A DNA stretch of 64,000 nucleotides from Patescibacteria group bacterium (GCA_040902515.1 JBBDXB010000006.1:574017-638016); one strand, 5' to 3'. Positions 19,770-30,396 are shown, numbered from the stretch's first letter. The notes: a model not told the origin generated them from the letters alone. A program made the numbers and translations.

Positions 19770-20695
19770 TGGACTGGTTTACGCAACTCTGGCTGGGCAC
19801 GGTGGTGTTCGTCGGCGCGGTGTTTCCCGGAATCCTACCGGAGGCGGTGCCCCCGGCGCAGTCAGAACGCGTAGTGGCCGATGCGACCGTCCCGGCGCCC
19901 TTTCCCGAAAAGCGCCGGTCGGCGGTGGAGCCGGTGGTCGAAGCCGGCAGCGCATTGCTGGTCGACCTGGAGAGCGGCCATGAGTTGTACGCGAAGGATG
20001 CCGCCGCGAGGCGCCCGATCGCCAGCATCAGCAAGCTGATGACCGCCCTGGTCGCGACGGAACGATTGGCACCGGAACAGGAAATCGTCGCGCCGAAGCT
20101 CGCGAACTCCCCGGAAGAGTCGCTGATGGGGCTTGAGGAGGGTGACCGGCTCCATGTCGACGACGTGCTTGCCGGGGCGCTGATCGCCTCGGGGAACGAT
20201 GCCGCCGAAACGTTGGCACATGCCGTCTCCGGCTCGGAAGATGCGTTCGTCGAGTTGATGAACGAGCGAGCCCGGGAGCTCGGTATGCGCGAGACCCGCT
20301 TCTTCAATGCCAGCGGGTACGCGAAGGGCGAGAACGTTAGCTCGGCGCGGGACCTGGTGATATTGTCCCGGGCGGTACTTCAGGAGCCGCGCATTCGCGC
20401 CGCCGTTGCCGATCCGGAACGGACCGTCCGGGCGCTGAACGCCCGGGAGCCGACGCCCGGGAACCCCGATCCCGAGAGGACCGAATTCAGGTTGTTCTCG
20501 ACCGACCTCCTGCTCGATTCGTACCTGCCGATCGCCGGCCTCAAGACGGGCACCTCGGACGCCGCCGGGCCTTCGTTGGTGAACGTCCTGGAGCAGGGCG
20601 AGCGCCGGTTGCTCGCGATCGTGCTCGATTCGCCGGACCGCTTCCAGGAGAACAAGGCGATGCTCGACTGGGCGCTCCGTTCGTTCCGGTGGTAA
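19769..20695 (+). CDS. D-alanyl-D-alanine carboxypeptidase (serine peptidase S11, PBP5/6-like)
   Basis: SISKLMT (SxxK), SGN, KTGT motifs; N-terminal hydrophobic signal. Confidence 0.8.
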   Translation: MDWFTQLWLGTVVFVGAVFPGILPEAVPPAQSERVVADATVPAPFPEKRRSAVEPVVEAGSALLVDLESGHELYAKDAAARRPIASISKLMTALVATERLAPEQEIVAPKLANSPEESLMGLEEGDRLHVDDVLAGALIASGNDAAETLAHAVSGSEDAFVELMNERARELGMRETRFFNASGYAKGENVSSARDLVILSRAVLQEPRIRAAVADPERTVRALNAREPTPGNPDPERTEFRLFSTDLLLDSYLPIAGLKTGTSDAAGPSLVNVLEQGERRLLAIVLDSPDRFQENKAMLDWALRSFRW

Positions 20696-20837
20696 AAATC
20701 TCCTTGCCTACGGCACTAATCTTGCTACAATAGCGCTGTCGGGTGGTGCTTTCGCATCACCGGCGTCTCTGTTTGGTAACCATGCGCCGATTTCCAACGG
20801 CGGTCCGCTGCTGCGGGTCGCTCGGCGTGAATCCCAG

Positions 20838-22154
20838 ATGTCCCACCATATACCCATCGTGACCATCGTCGGCCGACCCAACGTCGGCAAGTCCACGCTG
20901 TTCAACCGGCTGCTCGGCGAACGCCGGGCGATCACGGCCGACCTTCCCGGCACCACGCGCGACCGGATCTATGCCGAAGCCGAATGGCAGGGAAAACGGT
21001 TCACCGTCGTCGATACCGGGGGACTGACCGAGGAAGTGACGGGTCTGCCACAGGCGGTGGACGAACAGGTGAAGCTGGCGGTTACCGAAAGCGACCTGAT
21101 CCTACTTCTTGTCTCCGCTCCGGAGGGACTGACCGCGGGTGACCGCGTGGCCGCCGCCGTGGCCCGTCGACAGCAGGTACCGGTCGTGGTGGTCGTGAAC
21201 AAGGTCGACAATCCGCGGGTCGAGTCCTCGGTCGCCGAATTCCACCGGCTGGGATTCGATACGGTCGTGCCGGTTTCCGCGCTGCATGGCCGCGGCACGG
21301 GGGATTTGGCGGACTTGATCGTCAGGAAGACGGGTGCCGGGACGGGGGGGAATGCCGACCGTACCCCCTCCTTTACCATCGTTGGCCGCCCGAATGCGGG
21401 GAAATCCACCTTGATGAACCGGCTGACCGATTCTCCGGCCGCCGTGACCGGCGAAGAACCGCATACGACCCGGGACGTGACGGAGCGTCGTCTCCGGACA
21501 CCGGAAGGAGAATGGCGTCTGCTGGACACGGCCGGCATGGCGAAACATCCCCGTTCCCGACCCGGCATCCCATACTGGAGCCTGCTCCGGACGCTTCGAG
21601 CGATTGCCGATGCCGACGTAGCCGTGCTGCTGATCGACGCGACGGAAGGCCCGACGCTGCAGGACGCGCACATCGCCTCGCATATCCTCGATTCGGGCAC
21701 CGGTCTCGTCATCGCGTTGAACAAATGGGATCTGGTGGATAAGGCGCCGGACGTCCAGGAGCGGTTCTTTGGGAAACTCCGGAAACGTCTGCCGTTCCTA
21801 CCGTCTCCGCCGGTGGTCTTCCTCTCCGCCCTGACCGGCGAAAAGGCCGATCGGCTGCTTCGGGCGGTAGAGGATGTCTACGCCGCGTCCGGCACCCGGA
21901 TACCGACGCCGGAACTGAACCGGGTGGTCCAAACACGCCTGAATGAGTATGCCGGCGGGCGACGCCGGGCACGTTTGTTCTACCTCACCCAGACCGGGGA
22001 CCATCCGCCGGCCTTCGCCTGTTTCGTGAACCAGCCGCAGCTCTGGAAAGAGCCGCAGCGTCGGCACGTGGCCGGCGTGCTTCGGGAGGAGTTCGACTTG
22101 CTCGGCACCGCCGTCCGACTGGACTTCCGTAAGCGCCGGAAGGAGGCGGCGTGA
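20838..22154 (+). CDS. der: Ribosome-biogenesis GTPase Der (EngA), two tandem GTPase domains
   Basis: Two G1 motifs GRPNVGKST and GRPNAGKST, DTGG/DTAG, NKVD/NKWD; C-terminal KH-like domain. Confidence 0.9.
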   Translation: MSHHIPIVTIVGRPNVGKSTLFNRLLGERRAITADLPGTTRDRIYAEAEWQGKRFTVVDTGGLTEEVTGLPQAVDEQVKLAVTESDLILLLVSAPEGLTAGDRVAAAVARRQQVPVVVVVNKVDNPRVESSVAEFHRLGFDTVVPVSALHGRGTGDLADLIVRKTGAGTGGNADRTPSFTIVGRPNAGKSTLMNRLTDSPAAVTGEEPHTTRDVTERRLRTPEGEWRLLDTAGMAKHPRSRPGIPYWSLLRTLRAIADADVAVLLIDATEGPTLQDAHIASHILDSGTGLVIALNKWDLVDKAPDVQERFFGKLRKRLPFLPSPPVVFLSALTGEKADRLLRAVEDVYAASGTRIPTPELNRVVQTRLNEYAGGRRRARLFYLTQTGDHPPAFACFVNQPQLWKEPQRRHVAGVLREEFDLLGTAVRLDFRKRRKEAA

Positions 22155-22687
22155 GTGCGCCCGTGAAACTGGTTGTGGGACTCGGTAATCCCGGCGAGCG
22201 GTACGCCGGCACGCGCCATAACATCGGCCGGATGGTCGTCGGCAGGTGCGTGGAGGAGCGTGGCGCCGAGCTCCTCCAGGAGCCGACGGACCGGATGCCC
22301 TCCCGGCTGCACCGGGCGGGAACGGTACTGTTCGCCGAACCGGCGATCTACATGAACCAAAGCGGCACCGAAGTCCACCGGCTCATGCGGTACTACAAGC
22401 TGGAGCCCGCCGGCCTCCTGATCGTCTCCGACGACCTCGACCTGCCGTTCGGTACGCTCCGTCTGCGCGACAGCGGCGGCAGCGGCGGACACAAGGGCCT
22501 GGCGCACATCGCGGAGCAGCTGGGCACCGGCGAGTTCTCCCGCTTGCGGGTCGGTATCGGACGACCGCCGGACGGCATGGATTCTTCGGGCTACGTCTTG
22601 CAGCGATTCTCCGAAGCGGAAGCGGAGCGATTGCCGGACGTCGTCCTGGACGGTGCACGGCAGGTAACGGAGTGGCTCGATGTCTAA
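22151..22687 (+). CDS. pth: Peptidyl-tRNA hydrolase
   Basis: KLVVGLGNPGERYAGTRHNIG N-terminal signature; overlaps der stop. Confidence 0.9.
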   Translation: MSAPVKLVVGLGNPGERYAGTRHNIGRMVVGRCVEERGAELLQEPTDRMPSRLHRAGTVLFAEPAIYMNQSGTEVHRLMRYYKLEPAGLLIVSDDLDLPFGTLRLRDSGGSGGHKGLAHIAEQLGTGEFSRLRVGIGRPPDGMDSSGYVLQRFSEAEAERLPDVVLDGARQVTEWLDV

Positions 22688-25600
22688 CGGTTCGTTCTTC
22701 AAGCACCTGCTCGACCAGCCGGAGATCACCGAGTACGCGGATCGGCTCATGGACGGAACCCTGCGGGTCGGCGACACCAGCCGCGGCGTCCGTGAGCTTC
22801 TGCTCCTGTCACTGGCACGGAAAGTCCAGCGTCCGTTCATCGTCGTGACCTCCGAACACCTGTTCGCGCCGGGCATCGCCGTGCCCTGGCCGCGCGAGGT
22901 CTCCGGGGAATCGTACGAAGTGGCCGTCGGGGTCGCGCAGGTGCTCGGTAACAAATCCGGACTCCATCTGGTGCCGCCGGACCTGCTCACCGTCCCGCTG
23001 GTCGGGGTCCGTCGGTACGACGCGCTGACCAAGACCTACAAGAAAGGCCAGGACGTTTCGCCGGACGACGCCGCGAAGTCCCTGGTGGATGCGGGGTATG
23101 ACCCCGACCCCGACCTTGAGCGGGCGGGAACGTTCCACCGTGTCGGCGGATCGCTCAACGTGTGGGGGATCGGCGATCGCTTCCCGCACCGTATCGAATG
23201 GTTCGGTGACGTCATTGAATCTATCGTCCGGACGGAGGCCGGCGAAACGGTCGATCTGCCGCAAGCCCGGTTCTTTCCGGCGTCAGTCACCGATCCGAAA
23301 GGTCCCGCACGGCTGCAGGACTACATCAAGCTTGCCGGGGCCTGTATCGCCGGCGAGGAATACCTGCTGGACGCCGCCGAAGGGCTCCAGGGCCTGCCGC
23401 AGGTCTCGTTCACCTTCAAGAAGGAGGGATCCGTGGTCCAGCTCGACTGGAAGCGCGCCGATGTGACGCACAACCGGGGGGAGCTGCACGACCTGATCAA
23501 GCGCTACCAGGATGACGGCTGGCACGTGGGGCTGGCCCGCTGGGAGGGGCCGCCCTCGGACCTGCCGGCCGGCGTGGAAGACGTCAGGTTGCCGATCACC
23601 GAAGGTGTGTCCGTACCGGGCATGCAGTGGATCGTCTTTACTCCGTCGGAGATCATCCACCAGCCGTCACAACGCAAGAAGCGACACTCGGACAAGCTCA
23701 ACCTGCGCCTGGAGACCGGGCAGCTGATCACCCATCGCGATCACGGCATCGGGAAGTTCAACGGCCTCATACGGCGGACGGTCGGCGGGGTAGAGCGGGA
23801 GTACCTGTTCCTGGAGTACGCCAAGGGCGACAAGCTGTACGTACCAGTCGCGGAAGCCGACAAGGTCGACCTGTACGTCGGCCCCACGGACGTGACCCTG
23901 ACCCGCCTTTCCTCGGCGAGCTGGGAACATGTCCGTGACAAGGTCAAGGAATCGGCGGAACAGCTGGCGCGCGAACTCCTGACTGTGTCTGCGCGGCGGG
24001 AGATCGCGACGGGCATCGCCTTTCCGAAACAACCGGACGTGGAGCAGCGCTTGCGTGCCGCATTCAACTTCGAGGAAACGGAGGATCAGGAGCGGGCAAT
24101 TAGCCACGTCTACGCGGACATGGAGGATTCCCGCCCGATGGACCGGCTGGTCTGCGGCGACGTCGGGTTCGGGAAGACGGAGGTAGCCGTCCGTGCCGCG
24201 GCCAAGGCGGCGGCATCCGGCAAGCAGGTGGCGGTCCTGGCGCCGACGACCATTCTCGCCGAGCAGCACCTGGCGACGTTCGGTAAACGGCTGAAGGAGT
24301 TCGGATTCAAGCTGGGCGGCCTTTCCCGGTTCAAGAGCCAGGCCGAGCAGAGCAAGACGCTCAAGGGACTTGCCGACGGTTCGGTGGATATCGCGATCGG
24401 TACCCATCGGCTGCTGAGCCCGGACGTGCAGTTCAAGGACCTGGGGCTTCTGATCATCGATGAAGAGCAACGTTTCGGTGTGCGGCACAAGGAGCGGCTC
24501 AAGAAGCTGCGTTCACATATGGATGTGCTCAGCCTTTCGGCGACCCCGATCCCCCGGACGCTCAACCTGGCGCTCTCGGGCCTCAGGGAAATCTCGACGA
24601 TCCAAACGCCCCCGTCCGGACGTCGGCCGGTGGAAACCACCATCGGTGAGTACAATCCGCAACTGGTGGACAAGGTGGTCAAGGAAGAGCTGTCCCGCGG
24701 CGGCCAGGTCTACTTCCTGCACAACCGGGTCGCGACAATCCGGGCGGCGGCCAAGGAACTGCAGGCGCGGCACCCCGACGTGAACATCGATATCGGACAC
24801 GGCCAGATGAGCGAAGAAGCGCTGGCCGAGGTGATGGCCCGGTTCGCGAGCGGGGAGGTCGACATCCTGATCTGCACGACGATCGTGGAAAACGGCTTGG
24901 ACCTGCCGAACGCCAACACGATGATCGTAGATGACGTTTCCGCGCTCGGGTTGGCGCAAAGTTACCAGCTCCGGGGCCGGATCGGGCGGGGAAGCCGCCA
25001 GGGAAGGGCATTCTTCTTCTACAAACCCGGCTCGCTGTCCGCCACCGCCCGCGAGCGGCTGCGCAGCCTCAAGGAAGCGAAGGAGCTTGGTGCCGGCTTC
25101 CAGGTAGCGTTAGCGGACCTGGAGCTCCGGGGTGCCGGGAACGTGATCGGTAAGGAACAGTCTGGGAACGTCCGGGCGATCGGGCTCACGCTGTATTCCA
25201 AGGTACTGTCCCGAGCGGTCGAGGAACTCGAGAGCGGCGAGCGGTTCCTGGAGACGGAAGTCGACCTGCCGCTCCTGGCCTCGATTCCTTCGGCGGTGCT
25301 GGAGGATGAATCGGAACGGCTCCGGATCTACCAGTCGGTCAGTAACGCGACCACGACGGAGGAATTGGACGATCTGGCGACGCGACTTAAGCAGAAGATC
25401 GACGGCTGGCCGGAAGAAGTCAGCAACCTGTTCCGGCTGCAGGGTATCCGGCTCAGCGGTGCCCGGGTCGGCATGCTGGCGCTGCGGTATACGTCACTGC
25501 CGGGAACCAACCGGAGTGCCAAGGTCGTCGTGGCGGAGCTGGCCCATGAGCTGCGGGACGGGCAGGTGGAGGCTGCCAAGCATCGCGGCTGGCAGGCCAC

Positions 25601-25700
25601 GGCGAACCGGCTGTCCCGGTCGCTGTCCGATGCGGAGATGCTTGATGCCGTCGAGGAGCTGATCGTCGGCCTGCGGGCAGCAGCTCCGGTCACGGCATAA
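22680..25700 (+). CDS. mfd: Transcription-repair coupling factor (1006 aa, shorter than typical Mfd)
   Basis: CarD-like RNAP-interacting domain (HGIGKFNGL...EYAKGDKLYVP); SF2 helicase motifs GDVGFGKTEVA, DEEQRFG, SATPIPRTL; TRCF C-terminal domain. Confidence 0.85.
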   Translation: MSNGSFFKHLLDQPEITEYADRLMDGTLRVGDTSRGVRELLLLSLARKVQRPFIVVTSEHLFAPGIAVPWPREVSGESYEVAVGVAQVLGNKSGLHLVPPDLLTVPLVGVRRYDALTKTYKKGQDVSPDDAAKSLVDAGYDPDPDLERAGTFHRVGGSLNVWGIGDRFPHRIEWFGDVIESIVRTEAGETVDLPQARFFPASVTDPKGPARLQDYIKLAGACIAGEEYLLDAAEGLQGLPQVSFTFKKEGSVVQLDWKRADVTHNRGELHDLIKRYQDDGWHVGLARWEGPPSDLPAGVEDVRLPITEGVSVPGMQWIVFTPSEIIHQPSQRKKRHSDKLNLRLETGQLITHRDHGIGKFNGLIRRTVGGVEREYLFLEYAKGDKLYVPVAEADKVDLYVGPTDVTLTRLSSASWEHVRDKVKESAEQLARELLTVSARREIATGIAFPKQPDVEQRLRAAFNFEETEDQERAISHVYADMEDSRPMDRLVCGDVGFGKTEVAVRAAAKAAASGKQVAVLAPTTILAEQHLATFGKRLKEFGFKLGGLSRFKSQAEQSKTLKGLADGSVDIAIGTHRLLSPDVQFKDLGLLIIDEEQRFGVRHKERLKKLRSHMDVLSLSATPIPRTLNLALSGLREISTIQTPPSGRRPVETTIGEYNPQLVDKVVKEELSRGGQVYFLHNRVATIRAAAKELQARHPDVNIDIGHGQMSEEALAEVMARFASGEVDILICTTIVENGLDLPNANTMIVDDVSALGLAQSYQLRGRIGRGSRQGRAFFFYKPGSLSATARERLRSLKEAKELGAGFQVALADLELRGAGNVIGKEQSGNVRAIGLTLYSKVLSRAVEELESGERFLETEVDLPLLASIPSAVLEDESERLRIYQSVSNATTTEELDDLATRLKQKIDGWPEEVSNLFRLQGIRLSGARVGMLALRYTSLPGTNRSAKVVVAELAHELRDGQVEAAKHRGWQATANRLSRSLSDAEMLDAVEELIVGLRAAAPVTA

Positions 25701-25771
25701 CCCGGGTAGTATCCGACGAAGCACCCTGACAGGTGTTTTAGCAGTCAAGCAAAATCTTGTATACTGTGGGT

Positions 25772-26602
25772 ATGCAAGCAAGCATATTAACGCAGGAACG
25801 GATTCCTGCGCCGCTCCGGGACATTCCCGGTCCGCCCCGGTGCCTCCATTGTCGCGGTGTGCTTCCGGAAGGGCCGTTCGTCGCCGTCGTGGGGACGCGG
25901 AAACCGACGGCGTACGGTCGCCGCGTCACCGGAATGATCGCCGGACGGCTGGCCCGTGCCGGCGCGGTCGTGGTTTCCGGATTGGCATTAGGCATCGACG
26001 CGATCGCGCATCGGGCGGCTCTCGACGCCGGAGGAAAGAGCGTCGCGATACTCCCCTCCGGATTGCGTGACGTCGATATCACCCCGCGGGCGAACCTGGG
26101 TCTGGCCAGGCAGGTTTTTGAGCGTGGAGCGCTCCTCAGCGAGTATCCGGAGGGCTCCGGTGCGCGCAAGGAATACTACGAGGACCGGAACCGCCTGATT
26201 TCCGGACTGGCCGGCGCGGTCGTCGTGGTCGAGGGAGGGCGTCCCTCCGGTACGTTGATTACCGCCCGCCATGCGGGAGAGCAAAGCCGTGAGGTGTGGG
26301 CCGTACCTGGCCCGATCGACTCCCCGCAAAGCAAGGGAACGAACTGGTTGATCGAAACCGGCGCGGAGCCATTGTTCTCCATCGATACGTTCATGGAGTC
26401 ATTAGGCCTGGCGGATGGCCGACAGCCGAGCCTCGGGGAACCGGGTGATCTCGCCACCGTACTCGGCGTCGGTCCCTGTCATGTCGACGAGATCGCGACG
26501 CGGCTCGGTCAGCCTGCCTATGAGGTCGAGTCCGAGCTGACGAAATTAGAGCTGGCGGGTGCGGTCCGTCACGTGGGGGAGCGTCACTACGTGCTGGCCT
26601 AG
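25772..26602 (+). CDS. dprA: DNA processing protein DprA (track ORF begins at TTG 25757)
   Basis: Rossmann-like SGLALGIDAIAHRAAL, GTLITARHAGEQSREV; C-terminal winged-helix region. Confidence 0.8.
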   Translation: MQASILTQERIPAPLRDIPGPPRCLHCRGVLPEGPFVAVVGTRKPTAYGRRVTGMIAGRLARAGAVVVSGLALGIDAIAHRAALDAGGKSVAILPSGLRDVDITPRANLGLARQVFERGALLSEYPEGSGARKEYYEDRNRLISGLAGAVVVVEGGRPSGTLITARHAGEQSREVWAVPGPIDSPQSKGTNWLIETGAEPLFSIDTFMESLGLADGRQPSLGEPGDLATVLGVGPCHVDEIATRLGQPAYEVESELTKLELAGAVRHVGERHYVLA

Positions 26603-26755
26603 AAAGAGTAACTGATGAGCGACACCGCCGCGAGCGTGAACCAGAAGAGGATTCCTGCCCAAAGCTGTACGTCAGCCTCGGGTACGAACTCCTCATGTGT
26701 CATGCGCCGTCGTGGGCGTTCGTCAATCGGTATCGGCACGAAACGCATCATCGCG

Positions 26756-27397
26756 TTAGCTCACATGCGGCCGCACGACCGCCATCACTTTGCCCTGGAT
26801 CTGCCACTCCTGATCGGGGTAGATGTTGTCGTATTTCGGGTTTTCCGGCTTCAGGTAGACGGCATCCCGGCGCTTGATCAACCGCTTTACTGTGGCATCT
26901 TCGCCGATCAGCGCGGCGACGATGTCTCCGTGCTCCGCCTCTTCCGCTGGCTGGACGATCAGCAGGTCGCCGTCGAAGATGCCGGCACCGATCATGGAAT
27001 CGCCCTGGGCGCGCAGGATGAACACGTCGCGCTTCCCACGCGTCAGGTCGGTCGGCAGCGTCACCCAATCCTCGGCGTATTCCGTGGCCAACGACGGACC
27101 ACCGGCCGGAATCCGTCCGAGCACCGGCAGTCTCGTGACCTGCTCCGCAAGATCGCTGGCCGCCTCGCGGAACCGCTGCGCCAGCGTGATGCCACGGCTA
27201 CGGGAATCCCGCGTAATGTAGCCTTTCTTCTCCAGCGCCTCAAGATGGCGCTGGACGCCGCGCGGGTAACTTACCTTAAGCGCCGCCATGATCTCGCGGA
27301 TCGTCGGTGGCAATCCATGCTCCTTGATGTGCCGTTGGATCACATCGAAGGTTTCCCGTTGCCGGGGAGACAGCTTGTTGCTAGTGTTGTTGCTCAT
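26756..27397 (-). CDS. lexA: LexA repressor
   Basis: N-terminal wHTH (LSPRQRETFDVIQRHIKEHGLPPTIREI); cleavage site region; Ser in GDSMIGAGI and Lys in the catalytic dyad region (S24 peptidase). Confidence 0.9.
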   Translation of the reverse strand: MSNNTSNKLSPRQRETFDVIQRHIKEHGLPPTIREIMAALKVSYPRGVQRHLEALEKKGYITRDSRSRGITLAQRFREAASDLAEQVTRLPVLGRIPAGGPSLATEYAEDWVTLPTDLTRGKRDVFILRAQGDSMIGAGIFDGDLLIVQPAEEAEHGDIVAALIGEDATVKRLIKRRDAVYLKPENPKYDNIYPDQEWQIQGKVMAVVRPHVS

Positions 27398-27436
27398 AAG
27401 GGTGATAGGTTAGCCTCCGTGAGATGTGGGAGCGCG

Positions 27437-27506
27437 CCGAGTACCTTGGCTGGCAGGGGAGCCATTATGTCGAAATCTACTAGGATCGTGACTGCCAAGG
27501 TACTCG
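27437..27506. promoter_or_regulatory. 14-bp perfect inverted repeat (ccgagtaccttggc ... gccaaggtactcgg) spaced 42 bp apart in the divergent lexA-topA intergenic region; candidate operator pair or RNA stem
   Basis: Read from sequence 27437-27450 and 27493-27506; lies between the lexA start (27397, - strand) and topA start (27593, + strand). Confidence 0.45.
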
Positions 27507-27592
27507 GAGGAGGGAGCGCATTTGCATAGTAGACATATGTATACAGCTTGTCAACTCTCGATTTTACGCACAAGATTAGCGATTGTATTGCG

Positions 27593-29884
27593 ATGACAAC
27601 CAAGAATCGAAAACTCGTAATCGTCGAATCACCTGCCAAAGCGCGCACGATTGAGCGGTATCTGGGCGAGGGCTATACCGTCATGGCCAGTTACGGCCAC
27701 GTCCGCCAGCTCCCGAGCAAGGACGGTTCCGTGGATGTGGAGCATGACTTCGCGCCGAAATACGAGGTGATCGAGGACAGCAGGAAGCACGTGAGCGCGA
27801 TCAAGAAAGCTCTGAAGACCGCCGATGAGCTCCTGCTTGCCACTGACCTTGATCGGGAGGGGGAGTCGATCGCCTGGCACCTGACCGAGCTGGTCGACAA
27901 GGAGCTGCAAGGCAAGCAGGTCGGCCGGATTACGTTCGACGAGATCACCAAGGACGCGATCCGGGACGCGATCAAGGAACCGCGCGAGATCGACCGGCGG
28001 CTGGTCACCGCCCAGGAGGCACGCCAGAGCCTCGATTACCTCTACGGGTTCACGCTCTCACCGCTCCTCTGGCGGAAGATCCGCTACGGCCTCTCCGCCG
28101 GCCGCGTGCAGTCCGTGGCGCTCCGGCTGATCGTCGAACGCGAACGGGAGATCGAGGCGTTCAAGCCGAAGCCCTACTGGACGCTCGACGCCGTGCTCAA
28201 GCAACCGAAGGAGCAGGATGAGAAACTGGCGACGTTCACGGCACAGCTCGCCGAGGATCGCGGCCAAAAGCTCAAGCAGTTCGACCTCACCGAGGAGCGG
28301 GCGCGGGAACTTGCCGAAGAGCTGCCGCAGCATCCGGTGGCCGTCTCGTCGGTCGAAGAAAAAGAGCGCCGCCGCAGCCCGGCGCCGCCGTTCACCACCT
28401 CGACGCTCCAGCAGGAAGCCTCGCGGAAGCTCGGCTTCGCGGCCCGACGGACCATGCGTACCGCCCAGCAGCTTTACGAAGGCATCGACACCGGCGGCGG
28501 CGACCGCACCGGCCTGATCACTTACATGCGTACCGACTCGGTGAACCTGGCCAACAGCGCGCTCGCCGAGGCACGGAAGGTGATCGAGCGGAACTACGGG
28601 GAGGACTACCTGCCGGACGGCCCGCGCCGCTACAAGACGAAGTCGAAGGGAGCCCAGGAAGCGCACGAGGCGATCCGACCGACCGGCTTCGCCCGCGCCC
28701 CGGACGACCTGAAGGCCAAGCTCACTACCGACCAGCTCAAGCTATACTCCCTGATCTACAAGCGCGCGCTGGCGTCGCAGATGACGGAAGCGACGTTCCT
28801 GCAGACGAGCGCTCGGATCACCGCCGGCAAGGACGGTGCGGCCGTGCTCAAGGCGACCGGCTCGCAGGTGAAGTTCCCCGGGTTCATCAGGGTGTACCTG
28901 GAGGGAACCGACAACGGGGCGAACGAGGACACCGAGAGCCTCCTGCCGCCGCTGGCCGAGGGCGACCCTTTGGAGCTGCTCAAGGCCGGCTCCGAACGGC
29001 ACGAGACCCAACCGCCGCCGCGTTTCACGGAAGCGACGCTCGTGAAGACGCTCGAGGAGTACGGGATCGGCCGGCCCTCCACGTACGCGAGCATCATCTC
29101 GACGCTGCAGGATCGGAAGTACGCCCGGGTGGACCAGCGCCGGTTCTTCCCGGAGGCGGTCGGGATGATCGTTAGCGACCTGCTGACCGAGCACTTCTCG
29201 AAGTACGTGGATTACCAGTTCACCTCGGAACTGGAGAACGAGCTGGACGAGGTCGCCGGCGGCCGCGAGGAACGCGTGCCGCTCCTTACGGAGTGGTGGG
29301 GGCCATTCAAGGCGTTGGTCGAAAAGAAGGACAAGGAGCTCAAGAAGGAAGACGTGGCGCACCAGAAGACGGAGAAGCCGTGCCCCGAGTGCAAGGAGGG
29401 CACGTTGATGAAGAAGCTCAGCCGGTTCGGCGGCCAGTTCTACGCCTGCAGCCGGTACCCCGAGTGCAAGTACACGGCGCCGCTCGAGGAAGAACAGCAG
29501 GAGTCGAAGGAAGCCGAGGAACAAGCCAAAGGTGCCAAGTGCGACGAGTGCGGCGCGTCGATGACCGCCAAGCGTGGCCGATTCGGGATGTTCCTGGCCT
29601 GCACGCGGTACCCGGATTGCAAGGGTACCAAGCCGTTCGTGAAGTCGACCGGCGTGACGTGTCCGGAGTGCGGTAAAGGCGAGCTGGCCGAGCGGAAGTC
29701 CAAGCAGGGTCGCACGTTCTACGGCTGTACGGAGTACCCGAGGTGTAAGTTCCTGACCGGCCAGCGGCCGGTGAAAGATCCGTGTCCCGACTGCGGCAAG
29801 CTCGTGGTGATCAAGGGCAAGGACCGTGTGCCGACGTGCACCGAATGCGGTCACACCGGCGAGCCGGCTCCTACGGAGACCTGA
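27593..29884 (+). CDS. topA: DNA topoisomerase I with C-terminal C4 zinc-ribbon repeats (track ORF starts at 27548)
   Basis: TOPRIM start KLVIVESPAKARTIERYLG; active-site Tyr region; four CxxC...CxxC zinc-ribbon modules near the C-terminus (CPECKEG..CSRYPECK etc.). Confidence 0.9.
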   Translation: MTTKNRKLVIVESPAKARTIERYLGEGYTVMASYGHVRQLPSKDGSVDVEHDFAPKYEVIEDSRKHVSAIKKALKTADELLLATDLDREGESIAWHLTELVDKELQGKQVGRITFDEITKDAIRDAIKEPREIDRRLVTAQEARQSLDYLYGFTLSPLLWRKIRYGLSAGRVQSVALRLIVEREREIEAFKPKPYWTLDAVLKQPKEQDEKLATFTAQLAEDRGQKLKQFDLTEERARELAEELPQHPVAVSSVEEKERRRSPAPPFTTSTLQQEASRKLGFAARRTMRTAQQLYEGIDTGGGDRTGLITYMRTDSVNLANSALAEARKVIERNYGEDYLPDGPRRYKTKSKGAQEAHEAIRPTGFARAPDDLKAKLTTDQLKLYSLIYKRALASQMTEATFLQTSARITAGKDGAAVLKATGSQVKFPGFIRVYLEGTDNGANEDTESLLPPLAEGDPLELLKAGSERHETQPPPRFTEATLVKTLEEYGIGRPSTYASIISTLQDRKYARVDQRRFFPEAVGMIVSDLLTEHFSKYVDYQFTSELENELDEVAGGREERVPLLTEWWGPFKALVEKKDKELKKEDVAHQKTEKPCPECKEGTLMKKLSRFGGQFYACSRYPECKYTAPLEEEQQESKEAEEQAKGAKCDECGASMTAKRGRFGMFLACTRYPDCKGTKPFVKSTGVTCPECGKGELAERKSKQGRTFYGCTEYPRCKFLTGQRPVKDPCPDCGKLVVIKGKDRVPTCTECGHTGEPAPTET

Positions 29885-29926
29885 AGTGTTCGTTTTCTAG
29901 CTGAAAATCGGGTACCATATGCCGTC

Positions 29927-30334
29927 ATGGCAGCCCCTGAACAAGAATCCCCTTCTCCTCAATCGGAACTGATCGTTCCTGAAACACTCCGGCTGATTGA
30001 TCAGTTTGAAGCGCACGAGCATGTCCACGGCTTTTTCGATCGGGTGCTCGACCATATCGGATTTAACGAACGGGCGAGGAGAGCTTTCACGGAGAGGTAT
30101 TCATATCTAATGTCCGTGGAGCATGGCAGGGGCGGAGGTCCGGTTGAAGTGGAGGATCGTGCTAATGTTTTGGTTGTGGAGGAGTATCCCGTCGCCTCAG
30201 TGATCGAGTGGCGCGATGTGGGCAACTTCACCTGTGTATTGTTTGCCAGTCATCTGAACGATGAACTTCTGGCGAGGCTTCGCGAGAGGCCCGAGCTTCT
30301 GGAAGGGGCTAGCGAAGGCGAGCTCCGGGACTAG
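29927..30334 (+). CDS. Hypothetical protein (135 aa)
   Basis: ORF with reasonable codon usage; no recognisable motifs. Confidence 0.4.
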   Translation: MAAPEQESPSPQSELIVPETLRLIDQFEAHEHVHGFFDRVLDHIGFNERARRAFTERYSYLMSVEHGRGGGPVEVEDRANVLVVEEYPVASVIEWRDVGNFTCVLFASHLNDELLARLRERPELLEGASEGELRD

Positions 30335-30396
30335 CTCAGTGCCCGCCTTGTAACATCGCCGATTGCGCTGCCCGAAAATCCGGTAAGCTGGAAGGC

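Noticed and set aside
27525-27545. ACATATGT palindrome considered as a Cheo-type LexA box
   Set aside because: The flanking arms (GAC/TAT) do not match CGAAC/GTTCG, so it is kept only as a generic candidate operator within the lexA-topA finding.
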